64,000 bases of DNA. Origin: Acidobacteriota bacterium. GTDB taxonomy: Bacteria > Acidobacteriota > UBA6911 > RPQK01 > JAJDTT01. How positions within the stretch are numbered: the first letter of the stretch is position 1; every line of letters starts with the position of its first letter. Shown here one piece after another: positions 1 through 10,700 of this stretch. A program made the translations under genes and the position numbers. The stretch is from NCBI GenBank assembly GCA_965263035.1, contig OZ253580.1:1216001-1280000 (forward strand), given 5' to 3'. Under the pieces are notes generated by a model. That model ran no database searches, had not been told where the DNA came from, and saw only the letters and a list, made by a program, of their open reading frames with translations.

Positions 1-760
1 GGAAACCCGGTTGGAGAATCTGTCCCGGCAATGCCAGGAAGACCTCCAGGAACCGCTGGAATCGATCATGGAGGGGGTGACTCCGGCTGAGGACGGTGCC
101 CGGATCTCCAGCCGATACCGGGAACTCAGGTCCAAGCTGGAAAAATTCGGGCCGGTCAACATGACGGCTCTGGAGCAGTATCAGGACAACGAGGAGCGGC
201 ACAGCTACCTCAGCCGGCAACGGGAAGACCTGGAACGATCCATCGCCGACACGACCAAGGCGATCCAGGAAATCAACCGCCACAGCCGGGAGAAGTTCAA
301 AAAGGCCTTCGACTCCGTTAACGTCCACTTCCACGAAACCTTCCGCCAGCTGTTCGACGGCGGAAGCAGCGGCATGAAGCTCATCGACGAAGAGGACGTG
401 TTGGAGAGCGGCATCGACCTCTTCGCCCAACCGCCCGGCAAGAAGGTGCAGTACCTCTCACAGCTCTCGGGTGGAGAACAGACGCTCACCGGCGTTGCTT
501 TTCTGGTGGCTCTGTTCCGGTACCGTCCCAGCCGCTTCTGCGTCCTGGACGAAGTCGATGCCGCTCTGGACGATACCAACGTGGAGCGATTCGTCCGCCT
601 GATCCGGAACCTGTCCCAAGCGACTCAGTTCATCCTGGTGAGCCACAACAAGCGGACCATCGAAATGGCCGATTCACTCTATGGGGTCACGATGGAAGAA
701 CCTGGGATCTCTCAGGTCTTGGCGGTGCGCCTCAGGGAAGCCAAGACCCTGGCCGAGTAG
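1..760 (+). CDS. smc: Chromosome segregation protein SMC, C-terminal part (gene starts upstream of window)
   Basis: 'GPVNM.A..Y' coiled-coil end, 'QPPGKK', ABC signature LSGGE, Walker B/D-loop VLDEVDAALDD, 'QFILVSH', 'LYGVTMEEPGIS'. Confidence 0.95.
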   Translation, partial: ETRLENLSRQCQEDLQEPLESIMEGVTPAEDGARISSRYRELRSKLEKFGPVNMTALEQYQDNEERHSYLSRQREDLERSIADTTKAIQEINRHSREKFKKAFDSVNVHFHETFRQLFDGGSSGMKLIDEEDVLESGIDLFAQPPGKKVQYLSQLSGGEQTLTGVAFLVALFRYRPSRFCVLDEVDAALDDTNVERFVRLIRNLSQATQFILVSHNKRTIEMADSLYGVTMEEPGISQVLAVRLREAKTLAE

Positions 761-811
761 GAGGACGACATCCTTGTCCCCCATTCCCAGCCGGGACATC
801 CTCACCGCACA

Positions 812-1045
812 TCATTTCTTTTTCCTGATGACGTGCTGACGAATCTTGGCCGCGAGCGTGTTCCGGTGCATCCCCATCAGCCGGGCCGCGGAACCGATCC
901 TGCCGCCGGTCTGGTCCAGGGCGCGCTGGATGAAGAGCTTCTCGAACTGTCGCGCCGCCTCGTGCCAGAGAATCCCCTTGGCCACGAGTTCGTCGACGAT
1001 CGCTTCCAGCCTGTCCTTGATGGGGATCTGATCGCTGCTGGCCAT
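812..1045 (-). CDS. Small Fis-like helix-turn-helix (HTH_8) protein
   Basis: 'FEKLFIQRALDQTGGRIGSAARLMGMHRNTLAAKI' is a Fis/NtrC C-terminal HTH. Confidence 0.85.
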   Translation of the reverse strand: MASSDQIPIKDRLEAIVDELVAKGILWHEAARQFEKLFIQRALDQTGGRIGSAARLMGMHRNTLAAKIRQHVIRKKK

Positions 1046-1110
1046 TGGTCATGCCCGGACCGGTCGGGTCCGCCCTTCGTTCTGAACGAAACGCCGCCGA
1101 GGAGAATCCT

Positions 1111-1662
1111 TCACGATTTCTTGTCGGCGCTCCGCTGCAGCCAGTACCGGTAGATTCGATCGTACTCCTTCTGAAACCGCTCCCGGAAGGACTCCGGAGT
1201 CGAGAACTCCACGAGCTTTTGGGTGACCACGAGAAAATACTCGCCGGTCACCGTGCCGCTCACCAAGCCATTACTTACCGGAAAGACGGTCAGGGCCAGA
1301 AAGATCACGGCCACGATCAACCATCCTCTGAGCAGACCGAACACTCCTCCCAGGAGACGATCGATCCACTTCATGTTCAGAGCGGAAATGAATCGATTCA
1401 GGAGGGATGACAGAAGAGACCCGGCAATGATGCAGCCCAGGAAGATGCCCACGAAGGCCAGGAGTTCCGACAGGATCGTGCCGATGCCGATCCGTTCCAG
1501 CATCGGGGACACCGCCGCAAAGTAGTAGACCGCGAGCAGGAGACCCGATATGGCTGCCGCCAGGGCAATCAGTTCACGGATCAGCCCCTTCACCAAAGCG
1601 GTGACGAAGGAAACGGCCACGATGGCAAGGGCCAGGATATCCAGGATCTTGAGATCACCCAT
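1111..1662 (-). CDS. cvpA: CvpA family membrane protein
   Basis: 'KGLIREL' and 'IDRLLGGVFGLLRG' motifs with 4 TM segments; ATG at 1662 overlaps the PHP gene end. Confidence 0.85.
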   Translation of the reverse strand: MGDLKILDILALAIVAVSFVTALVKGLIRELIALAAAISGLLLAVYYFAAVSPMLERIGIGTILSELLAFVGIFLGCIIAGSLLSSLLNRFISALNMKWIDRLLGGVFGLLRGWLIVAVIFLALTVFPVSNGLVSGTVTGEYFLVVTQKLVEFSTPESFRERFQKEYDRIYRYWLQRSADKKS

Positions 1663-2548
1663 GGGCCACCCTCTCGCGGCGTTCCTTGAGTTGATCCAAT
1701 ATTTCAACGGGACTCTCGGGAACGTCTCCGAACGCTACGTGAGGTTTGAGACGGCCGTGGAAATCGCTTCCCGAAGTGACGGCCAGATCCAACCGGCGTG
1801 CGACCTCGACATAATAACGACAAGTCTCCTCGGTATGGTAGGAGCTGTAGGCCTCGATTCCTTCCAGACCCATCTCCCTCACGCCGCGGGTCCATTCCTC
1901 GTCAACCACGTCTCTCTTCAGGCCCGGATGGGCCAGAACCGGAACCCCGCCCGCAGCCCTGACGGTGGCGATCGCCCGGGACAGGGACACGGTCTCCTTG
2001 GCGGCGTAAGCCGGACCGCCGGGGAGGAAAAAGAGCTTGTAGAAGTCGATCTCCGGACTGTGAGCACTGCCGGCCGGAATCTGATCCATCAGGGCGTGGT
2101 TGCGGTTCGCCCCCTTGGAGAGGACCACCGAGGCGATGGCTGGACCGGTCACCGGGACCGATCCCAGAGCCTCCCGCACCTCCTCATATCGGATATCGAA
2201 TCCGAGAGCCTGGAGCTGGCCGACCCGGATCTCGTTTTGCCGAACGCGGCTCAGCCCTATGAGGGCCAGCAGATCCAGAAGCGGGCGGTCGTGCCAGTCC
2301 ACCAGAGGGGCAAGCAGGTGGAGCCCCACACCCTGGTGCCGGACGCTGATCTCGACGTTGGCCAGATACTCTCCCGGAAAGTCCTCGGCCAGGGTGAACG
2401 CCTCGTCCAAGGCAGCCACGGTATCGTGGTCTGAAATGGAGAAGACATCGAGGCCGACGCGGCGAGCCTGGGCAAAAATGCGGGGGACGGTCCACTCCCC
2501 GTCACTGGAGTGGTGGGAATGGATGTGAAGGTCGGCGAAAACCTTCAA
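1655..2548 (-). CDS. PHP-domain phosphoesterase (YciV/TrpH-like)
   Basis: DLHIHSHHSSDG, SISDHD, NVEIS, VLAHP, TSGSDFHG motifs. Confidence 0.92.
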   Translation of the reverse strand: MKVFADLHIHSHHSSDGEWTVPRIFAQARRVGLDVFSISDHDTVAALDEAFTLAEDFPGEYLANVEISVRHQGVGLHLLAPLVDWHDRPLLDLLALIGLSRVRQNEIRVGQLQALGFDIRYEEVREALGSVPVTGPAIASVVLSKGANRNHALMDQIPAGSAHSPEIDFYKLFFLPGGPAYAAKETVSLSRAIATVRAAGGVPVLAHPGLKRDVVDEEWTRGVREMGLEGIEAYSSYHTEETCRYYVEVARRLDLAVTSGSDFHGRLKPHVAFGDVPESPVEILDQLKERRERVAHG

Positions 2549-3438
2549 TTTGTCTTCAGATGCTCGCCGGTGAGCCGAAGGAAAGCCTCAAGATAGCGAT
2601 CCGAGGTCGCGGCTGCGATCCGGTCCGGAAGTGTGGGCCCGGGCGGAGTCTTGTCCCAATCCAGCGTCTCCAGGTAATCCCGGACGTATTGCTTGTCGAA
2701 CGAAGGTTGAGATCCTCCCGGCTGGTACGACTCGGCCGGCCAGAAGCGCGACGAATCGGGAGTCAGCACCTCGTCGATGAGGAGCAGGTCGGAACCGTCC
2801 AAGCCGAATTCGAACTTCGTGTCGCAAATGATGATGCCTCGTTCCAGGGCGTAGTCCCGGGCGCGGCTGTAGATGGCGAGACTCAGGTCCCGTACCCGGC
2901 AGGCCAGTTCCTCACCGATGATCTCGACGCACCTCTCGAACGTTATGTTTTCGTCGTGGCCCGTCTTCGCCTTGGTCGCCGGAGTGAAGATGGGCTCGGG
3001 AAGCTCGTCCGACTCCCCTAGGCCCGGGGGGAGCGGGATCCCACAGATGGTGCCGTCGACCTGGTACTCCTTCCAGCCCGATCCCGCCATGAAGCCTCGC
3101 ACCACGCACTCCACCGGCAACGGCTCGCACCGCCGAACCAGCATGGAACGGCCGCGCAGTTGATCCTGGAAGGGATGCAACTGGCGCGGAAACTCCCGGA
3201 CCGAGATCGACACCATGTGATTGTCCACCAGGTCGTCCAAGAGGGAAAACCAGAATGCGGACAGCTGGTTCAGGACCTTTCCCTTGTTGGGAATCACGGT
3301 GGGAAGCACCACGTCGAATGCCGATATGCGGTCGGTCGCCACCAGCAGCAGATGGCCGTCCAAGCCGAAGATTTCGCGAACCTTTCCACGGTTCACCTTG
3401 GTAACGCCTTTGAGATCCAGGGTCCTCATTTCAGCCAA
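2545..3438 (-). CDS. purC: SAICAR synthase
   Basis: GKVRE, TDRISAFD, ECVVRG, DTKFEFG, DEVLTPDSSRFW, DKQYVRDYL. Confidence 0.97.
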   Translation of the reverse strand: MAEMRTLDLKGVTKVNRGKVREIFGLDGHLLLVATDRISAFDVVLPTVIPNKGKVLNQLSAFWFSLLDDLVDNHMVSISVREFPRQLHPFQDQLRGRSMLVRRCEPLPVECVVRGFMAGSGWKEYQVDGTICGIPLPPGLGESDELPEPIFTPATKAKTGHDENITFERCVEIIGEELACRVRDLSLAIYSRARDYALERGIIICDTKFEFGLDGSDLLLIDEVLTPDSSRFWPAESYQPGGSQPSFDKQYVRDYLETLDWDKTPPGPTLPDRIAAATSDRYLEAFLRLTGEHLKTN

Positions 3439-3536
3439 AGCCGTTTCTCCTTCAGGGGTTCGCGGCCCCGAGGGCCGCCAGTCAACAGTTGCGTTCAGCG
3501 GTCGAGCCGGAAAGGCTCTGCCTCTCCGGCGAACAC

Positions 3537-3565
3537 ATTCTAGTCACATCTCGACATGCGTTCAA
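3537..3565 (-). promoter_or_regulatory. Sigma70-type promoter of purC operon
   Basis: Minus strand TTGAAC-N17-TAGAAT. Confidence 0.6.
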
Positions 3566-3639
3566 AGGGAACCCCTGCCGAAGGCCACTCGAGGGATTTC
3601 TCACAACAGATGCGAGCTTGGCAATTGTGGAACGCGCTC

Positions 3640-3669
3640 TTGACGAGCGAACGGCCGCCTTGCTATGAT
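3640..3669 (+). promoter_or_regulatory. Sigma70-type promoter of groESL
   Basis: TTGACG-N18-TATGAT with extended -10 TG. Confidence 0.7.
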
Positions 3670-3696
3670 CTGGCACTCTTAGAGTAAGAGTGCCAG
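3670..3696. promoter_or_regulatory. CIRCE element (HrcA operator)
   Basis: CTGGCACTC-N9-GAGTGCCAG immediately after the -10, upstream of groES. Confidence 0.92.
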
Positions 3697-3782
3697 AGTA
3701 AATCTCCAGACCATAGGGCCTCGAGTGGTTTGAGGCCCGAAATCCGAAAACCAAGGATACACGATTCAACAGGAGGGTACGG

Positions 3783-4073
3783 ATGTCAATCAAGCCATTG
3801 CAGGACCGGATACTGATCAGGCGCATCGAGGCGGAAGAAGCATTCCGCGGGGGCATCGTAATTCCCGATACGGCGAAGGAGAAGCCCCAGGAGGGTGAGA
3901 TTGTGGCGCTCGGTGACGGAAAGGTGCTCGACAACGGCCAGCGTCAGCCCATGTCGGTCAAGGTTGGCGATCGGGTCCTTTTCGGTAAGTACGCCGGAAC
4001 CGAGGTCACCCTCGACGACGAGGAATACCTGATCATGCGCGAGGACGAAGTCCTGGGCATCCTGGAGGGCTAG
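3783..4073 (+). CDS. groES: Co-chaperonin GroES
   Basis: [39 protein letters not shown]; RBS GGAGG. Confidence 0.98.
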   Translation: MSIKPLQDRILIRRIEAEEAFRGGIVIPDTAKEKPQEGEIVALGDGKVLDNGQRQPMSVKVGDRVLFGKYAGTEVTLDDEEYLIMREDEVLGILEG

Positions 4074-4128
4074 GTTGCCTGAACCGGTCGCATTCACCGC
4101 AAGAAGCAACGATCCCCACAATTCTTAG

Positions 4129-5784
<1,656 letters not shown>

Positions 5785-5813
5785 TCCGCTGCAATCAAAT
5801 TTTCGGGTATCGG

Positions 5814-5847
5814 GAAAAGGGGTCCGACTGGACCCCTTTTCTTTTTT
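5814..5847 (+). terminator. Rho-independent terminator of groESL
   Basis: GAAAAGGGGTCC-GACT-GGACCCCTTTTC hairpin followed by T-run. Confidence 0.85.
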
Positions 5848-5876
5848 CCGCGGGTTCCGGCGCCGAGCCGGCATAT

Positions 5877-6035
5877 CAGTCCGTGGTGAAAGTCCCGCGA
5901 GCACCGAGACCGTTCCTGCGCCCGCCGGACCAGGCGCGATGAGGGAGCACACCGGGAATATGTGACCGAGTCGCAACGCAGTCCGCGCACGATGCAGGGA
6001 CGGTCGAATGCCGTGACCACTTTTGCCACGGGCTG
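5877..6035. repeat. ~160-bp dispersed MITE/ERIC-like element, copy 1
   Basis: Terminal inverted repeats CAGTCCGTGGTGAAA...TTTTGCCACGGGCTG; near-identical inverted copy at 9148-9307 and diverged copy at 19110-19267. Confidence 0.85.
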
Positions 6036-6070
6036 ATATACCCGTGCTCAATGCGGGTTAGAATGCCGCC

Positions 6071-7696
6071 GTGGGACGCCAACTCCATCTCATCGTCTTC
6101 GTCCTGCTGGCCGTCTACCTGACGATATTCTTCCAGTTGGGCGATCTTCCCTTCATGGGTGCCGACGAGCCCCGCTACGCTCGCATCTCCGAAGAGATGC
6201 TCCTGGGCGGCGACTACATCACACCTAAACTGGAAGGGGCTCCTTGGCTGGAGAAACCGCCGCTTCTCTTCTGGATCCAGGCCCTCAGCTTCCGCGTCTT
6301 CGGCGTGAGCGAGGCAGCGGCGCGCCTTCCGGTGGCGCTACTGGGCTTTCTTTGCGCACTTGCCATGGGAGGACTCGCCCGCCACTTGGCCGGTTTGCGT
6401 GCGGGGGTCCTGTCCATCCTCATCCTGTCGACCTCCACCCTGTTCTTCATCTTCGCCCGGGCCGGAAGTACCGACATGCCTCTTGCCGCCTGTCTCACCG
6501 TAGCCCTGGTCTGCGGTTATCGAGCCACCGGCAGCCGCAACCCTATCTGGTCACTGCTGTCGGGAACGGCCCTGGGAGCGGCGACGCTGGCCAAGGGACC
6601 GGTAGCCCTGATGCTGTTCGGCGGGATCTTCACGGTCTACTTCCTCTGGATCGAGAAGCCGGGATGGCACTGGAGACACCTGCTGTCGGGAACGGCGGCG
6701 TTCCTGGCGACGTCCATTCCCTGGTACTGGAGCGTCTGGGTCGAGAACGGGTACTCCTTCTTCGTGACCTTCTGGCTCAATCACCATTTGGCCCGTGTCA
6801 TGTCGGATCTCCACCACCATTCCCAACCGTTCTGGTACTACCTGGCGGTCCTCGCGGCGGGATTCCTCCCCTGGTCGCCCTTTCTCGCCGGTTCTTGCGC
6901 CCGCCTATGGCGCGCGCGGGGCGAGACCGGTCTGAACCGCGGCCAAGTCTTCCTCTGGATCTGGGCGGCGCTGCCCGTCCTCTTCTTCTCCCTCAGCGAG
7001 AGCAAGCTTCCCGGCTACGTCCTGCCGGTATTACCGGCACTTGCCCTGCTGGTGGCGCTGGAGTGGGACAGGGACCTGGCCGGTGAGGCGGCGGGGAGAA
7101 AATCGCTCAGGATCCCGTGGCTGGTGCTGCAGGGACTGGCGCTCCTGATGGCAGGAGCCATCGTCTACTTGAGCCGGACTTCCTACGCCTCCGACTCGGG
7201 ACTCTGGGTGGCGTTGCCCCTGGCCGGGGCCGCCCTCTGGGGAGCCCGGGAGTCACGGGCCGGCCGGCCGGAGCGGGCCTTTCTCTCGCTGGTCGGCGGA
7301 ATGGTGCTGGCAACGGCGGCCGCCTTGTCGTTCCTGGCCCCGGTGGTTGAGCACTACCATTCGGCCCGGGGTCTGGCCAGGGCGTCCCAGCCCTTGATCA
7401 GCGAGGACCGACCGCTGGTCCTCTACCGCTATTTCCATCACACGGCGCTCTACTACACCGGTTACCAGGCGACGCGGGAGGAGGTCCCGAGCCTGGCGCA
7501 CCTGCGGGACTATTCGTCCCAGCACCCGCAGCCTCACTACTATCTGCTTACCCAGGAGTCGGGAGGGAGGGAGCTGGAGACCCTTCCCGGATTCCAGTCG
7601 CTTCTGGAAGAGGGGAATCTGCGCCTGGTCCGGTTGCCGCGAGAGTCCCTGGTCCAGGAACCACCCGTCTCCCCGGCAACGGAGGACGAACTCTGA
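6071..7696 (+). CDS. ArnT/PMT-family glycosyltransferase (GT39/GT83)
   Basis: DEPRYA, 'G.PWLEKPPL', 'AARLP', 'STDMPL', 'LAKGP', 'SKLPGYVLP', many TM helices. Confidence 0.88.
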   Translation: MGRQLHLIVFVLLAVYLTIFFQLGDLPFMGADEPRYARISEEMLLGGDYITPKLEGAPWLEKPPLLFWIQALSFRVFGVSEAAARLPVALLGFLCALAMGGLARHLAGLRAGVLSILILSTSTLFFIFARAGSTDMPLAACLTVALVCGYRATGSRNPIWSLLSGTALGAATLAKGPVALMLFGGIFTVYFLWIEKPGWHWRHLLSGTAAFLATSIPWYWSVWVENGYSFFVTFWLNHHLARVMSDLHHHSQPFWYYLAVLAAGFLPWSPFLAGSCARLWRARGETGLNRGQVFLWIWAALPVLFFSLSESKLPGYVLPVLPALALLVALEWDRDLAGEAAGRKSLRIPWLVLQGLALLMAGAIVYLSRTSYASDSGLWVALPLAGAALWGARESRAGRPERAFLSLVGGMVLATAAALSFLAPVVEHYHSARGLARASQPLISEDRPLVLYRYFHHTALYYTGYQATREEVPSLAHLRDYSSQHPQPHYYLLTQESGGRELETLPGFQSLLEEGNLRLVRLPRESLVQEPPVSPATEDEL

Positions 7697-7748
7697 TCTT
7701 CGTTGCCTCGGTTTCGGTCTTCGACTAAGATCTCGCTGCAATTTTCCC

Positions 7749-9146
7749 ATGTCGCTACGTCTCTACAACACGCTGACCCGGACCACGGAGGAGGTCGTCC
7801 CCATCGAGGGCCGGGACCTGCGGCTCTACGCTTGCGGACCCACGGTCTACGACTTCGTTCACATCGGGAACTTCAGGACCTTCACCTTCCAGGACCTGCT
7901 CCGCCGCTACCTGCTCTACAAGGGCTTCGGACTCACCCACGTCATGAACATCACGGACGTGGACGACAAGATCATCAACGGCGCCGGAGCCCGGGGCGAG
8001 CCCATCCAGGAGTACACCAACCGCTACACCCAGGCCTTTCTGGACGATATGAAAGCCTTGCGGCTCCAGCGGCCGGAGATCATGCCCCGGGCGACCCGGC
8101 ATATTTCGCAGATGGTGGACCTGATCCTGCGCCTGCGCCGGAAGGGCCTGACCTACGAACAGGAGGGGTCGACCTACTACCGTATCGACCGGCTCCCCGC
8201 CTACGGCCGGCTCTCGCGTCTCGATCTGAATGAAGCGGAACGGGGAGACGCCACCGACGCCGACGACTACAGCAAGGACAATCCCCGGGACTTCGTGCTC
8301 TGGAAGGCGAGAAAGCCGGGAGAAGCCTATTGGGACACGGCACTGGGCCCGGGCCGGCCCGGCTGGCACATCGAGTGTTCGGCCATGAGCATGGAGTACC
8401 TGGGAGAATCGTTCGATCTGCATGCCGGGGGAATCGACTTGGTCTTTCCGCACCACGAGAACGAGATCGCCCAGAGCGAGGGCGCCACCGGCAGGCCCTT
8501 CGTCCGCCACTGGGTCCACAGCGCCCATCTGGTGGTGGAGGGAGAGAAGATGTCCAAGTCCCGGGGCAACTTCTACACCCTGCGAGATCTGTTGGAGAAG
8601 GGCTGGGACCCGTTGGCGGTCCGCTACCTGTTGCTGAGCGTCCACTACCGGAAGCAGCTCAACTTCAGCTTCCAGGGAATGACCCAGGCCCAGGCGGCCC
8701 TGCAGCGGGTCAACGACTTCATCCAGCGCCTCCGTGAGATTCCGGACGACCGGGAAGAAAACCGGGAGCTGACGGAGGCGGCCGCGCAAGCCGGCCGGAA
8801 CTTCGAGTCGAGCCTGGACGACGACCTGAATACGTCGGCCGCCCTGGCTTCCATCTTCGAACTGGTCCGGAAGGGAAACCTGCTCCTGCAGCAGAACCTG
8901 GTCGGCGGTCCCGACCGCGACGCCATTTTGAGTTTCTTCTCCAAGGCGAACCGGATATTCGAGACCTTCCAATTGGAAACCCTCGAGTTGGAGGACGACG
9001 AGATCGCCCGGCTCATCCAGGAAAGGACGAAGGCTCGCCAAACCCGGGACTACGCCCGAGCCGACCAGATCCGCAGCCTCTTGTCCGAAAAAGGGATCGT
9101 CCTGGAGGACACCCGAGAGGGAACAAGGTGGAAACGGGCGACCTGA
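7749..9146 (+). CDS. cysS: Cysteine--tRNA ligase
   Basis: CGPTVY..HIGN, NITDVDDKII, DFVLWK, GRPGWHIECSAM, FPHHENE, KMSKS. Confidence 0.99.
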   Translation: MSLRLYNTLTRTTEEVVPIEGRDLRLYACGPTVYDFVHIGNFRTFTFQDLLRRYLLYKGFGLTHVMNITDVDDKIINGAGARGEPIQEYTNRYTQAFLDDMKALRLQRPEIMPRATRHISQMVDLILRLRRKGLTYEQEGSTYYRIDRLPAYGRLSRLDLNEAERGDATDADDYSKDNPRDFVLWKARKPGEAYWDTALGPGRPGWHIECSAMSMEYLGESFDLHAGGIDLVFPHHENEIAQSEGATGRPFVRHWVHSAHLVVEGEKMSKSRGNFYTLRDLLEKGWDPLAVRYLLLSVHYRKQLNFSFQGMTQAQAALQRVNDFIQRLREIPDDREENRELTEAAAQAGRNFESSLDDDLNTSAALASIFELVRKGNLLLQQNLVGGPDRDAILSFFSKANRIFETFQLETLELEDDEIARLIQERTKARQTRDYARADQIRSLLSEKGIVLEDTREGTRWKRAT

Positions 9147-9147
9147 A

Positions 9148-9307
9148 CAGCCCGTGGCAAAAGTCGTCATGGCATTCGACCGTCCCTGCATCGTGCGCGG
9201 ACTGCGTTGCTATCGGCTCACATACTCCCGGTATGCTTCCTCATCGCGCCTGGTCCGGCGGGCGCAGGAACGGTTTCGGTGCTGCATGAGACTTTCACCA
9301 CGGACTG
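9148..9307. repeat. ~160-bp dispersed MITE/ERIC-like element, copy 2 (inverted relative to copy 1)
   Basis: CAGCCCGTGGCAAAA...TTTCACCACGGACTG; begins 2 nt after cysS stop and overlaps the start of the aminotransferase ORF. Confidence 0.85.
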
Positions 9308-10623
9308 TAAAGCTCGACGCCGGCGAAACGGCCGGCATACTCTCCCGCTATCTGCCCGCTTCCGGAGTGGAGATCGTCGCCGACCTGTCCCGAAGCCACG
9401 GATCCCGCCTCTGCGAATTCCAGACCAATCGTCTGTTTCTGGACTTCATGGCCTTCTTTGCCACCTCGCCCATCGGCTACAACCACCCTCGCATGACGCG
9501 TCCCGAAGTGGTGGAAGAAATGGGAGAGGCGGCCCTCCACAAACCGTCCAACTCGGACCTTTACACCCCCGAGATGGGGGCCTTCGTGGACACCTTTTCC
9601 CGCCTCGCGCTGCCTGATTCCATGAAGCACCTCTTCTTCGTGGAAGGCGGCGCCCCGGCGGTGGAAAACGCTCTCAAGGTGGCTTTCGACTGGAAGGCCC
9701 GGAAGAATCGCGCCCAAGGTCACCCGGAAGAGAAGGACCTTCAGGTGATCCATTTCAGGGAGGCCTTCCACGGACGGCTCGGCTACACCCTTTCCCTCAC
9801 CAACACCTTCGACCGGAACAAGACCCGGTATTTCCCCAAGTTCGGCTGGCCCCGGATCGAGAATCCCAAATGCCGCTTCCCCCTGACAGGAGACAACCTC
9901 AATTCAGTGCTGGAATCCGAGGAGCGAGCCCTGCGGCAGATCCGGCGGGTTCTGGAGAAGAATCCCTCGCAAGTCGCCTGCCTGATCCTGGAGCCGATCC
10001 AGGGGGAGGGCGGAGACAACCATTTCCGGCGGGAGTTCCACCGGGCTCTGCGGTCCGTCTGTGACGAGTTCGACCTCCTGTTCATCTACGACGAGGTGCA
10101 GACCGGCCTGGGCGGGACCGGAGAGATGTGGGCCATGGAGCATTACGCGGAGCCGGACCTGCTGGCCTTCGGCAAGAAGACCCAGGTCTGCGGGATCATG
10201 GCCAACGGCCGCATCGACGACGTCCCCGACAACGTCTTCCAGGTGCCGGGGCGGATCAATTCGACCTGGGGAGGGAGCCTCGTCGACATGGTCCGGTGCC
10301 GGATCTACCTGGAGATCTACGAGCGAGAGGGGATTCTGGCGCACGCCCGCAAGATGGGCCGTGTGCTGTTGGAGGGTCTTCACGAACTGATCGAGGAGAC
10401 GCCCGCCCTTTTCTCCAACGCCAGGGGCGTCGGTCCCTTTTGCGCCATCGACCTGCCCGACACTCCCAGCCGCGACCGGTTCGTGAGGAGCCTTCTACGC
10501 CGCCGCCTGCTCATCCTGCCCTCCGGCGAGCGGTCCATCCGCTTCCGACCCGCGCTGAACATGCCGGAAGAGGACGTGCAGGAGGGTCTGGAGATCTTCC
10601 GAAAGGCCACCCGGGAATTCTGA
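9286..10623 (+). CDS. lat: L-lysine 6-transaminase (class III aminotransferase); start uncertain (ATG 9286 or GTG 9154, both inside the repeat)
   Basis: KPSNSD, GAPAVENALKVAFDWK, AFHGR.GY, EPIQGEGGD, DEVQTG, AFGKKTQVCG, INSTWGG. Confidence 0.88.
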   Translation: MRLSPRTVKLDAGETAGILSRYLPASGVEIVADLSRSHGSRLCEFQTNRLFLDFMAFFATSPIGYNHPRMTRPEVVEEMGEAALHKPSNSDLYTPEMGAFVDTFSRLALPDSMKHLFFVEGGAPAVENALKVAFDWKARKNRAQGHPEEKDLQVIHFREAFHGRLGYTLSLTNTFDRNKTRYFPKFGWPRIENPKCRFPLTGDNLNSVLESEERALRQIRRVLEKNPSQVACLILEPIQGEGGDNHFRREFHRALRSVCDEFDLLFIYDEVQTGLGGTGEMWAMEHYAEPDLLAFGKKTQVCGIMANGRIDDVPDNVFQVPGRINSTWGGSLVDMVRCRIYLEIYEREGILAHARKMGRVLLEGLHELIEETPALFSNARGVGPFCAIDLPDTPSRDRFVRSLLRRRLLILPSGERSIRFRPALNMPEEDVQEGLEIFRKATREF

Positions 10624-10700
10624 CGTGCCGCCGGTCCGAAACCCCGGATCTATAGAGGACTCGGTAGCCGCTTGCCCCCGTGCCGTGAGTGCCAGCACAG

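Noticed and set aside
3440-3535. ZTP (pfl) riboswitch in the purC leader (contains GACTGGCG and hairpins)
   Set aside because: Lacks the GTGG...CCAC..GGG and CGCCTGGG elements; only generic GC hairpins
5877-9307. Composite transposon formed by inverted repeat copies around arnT-like and cysS
   Set aside because: Cargo is housekeeping, no outer target duplication or transposase; independent insertions are simpler
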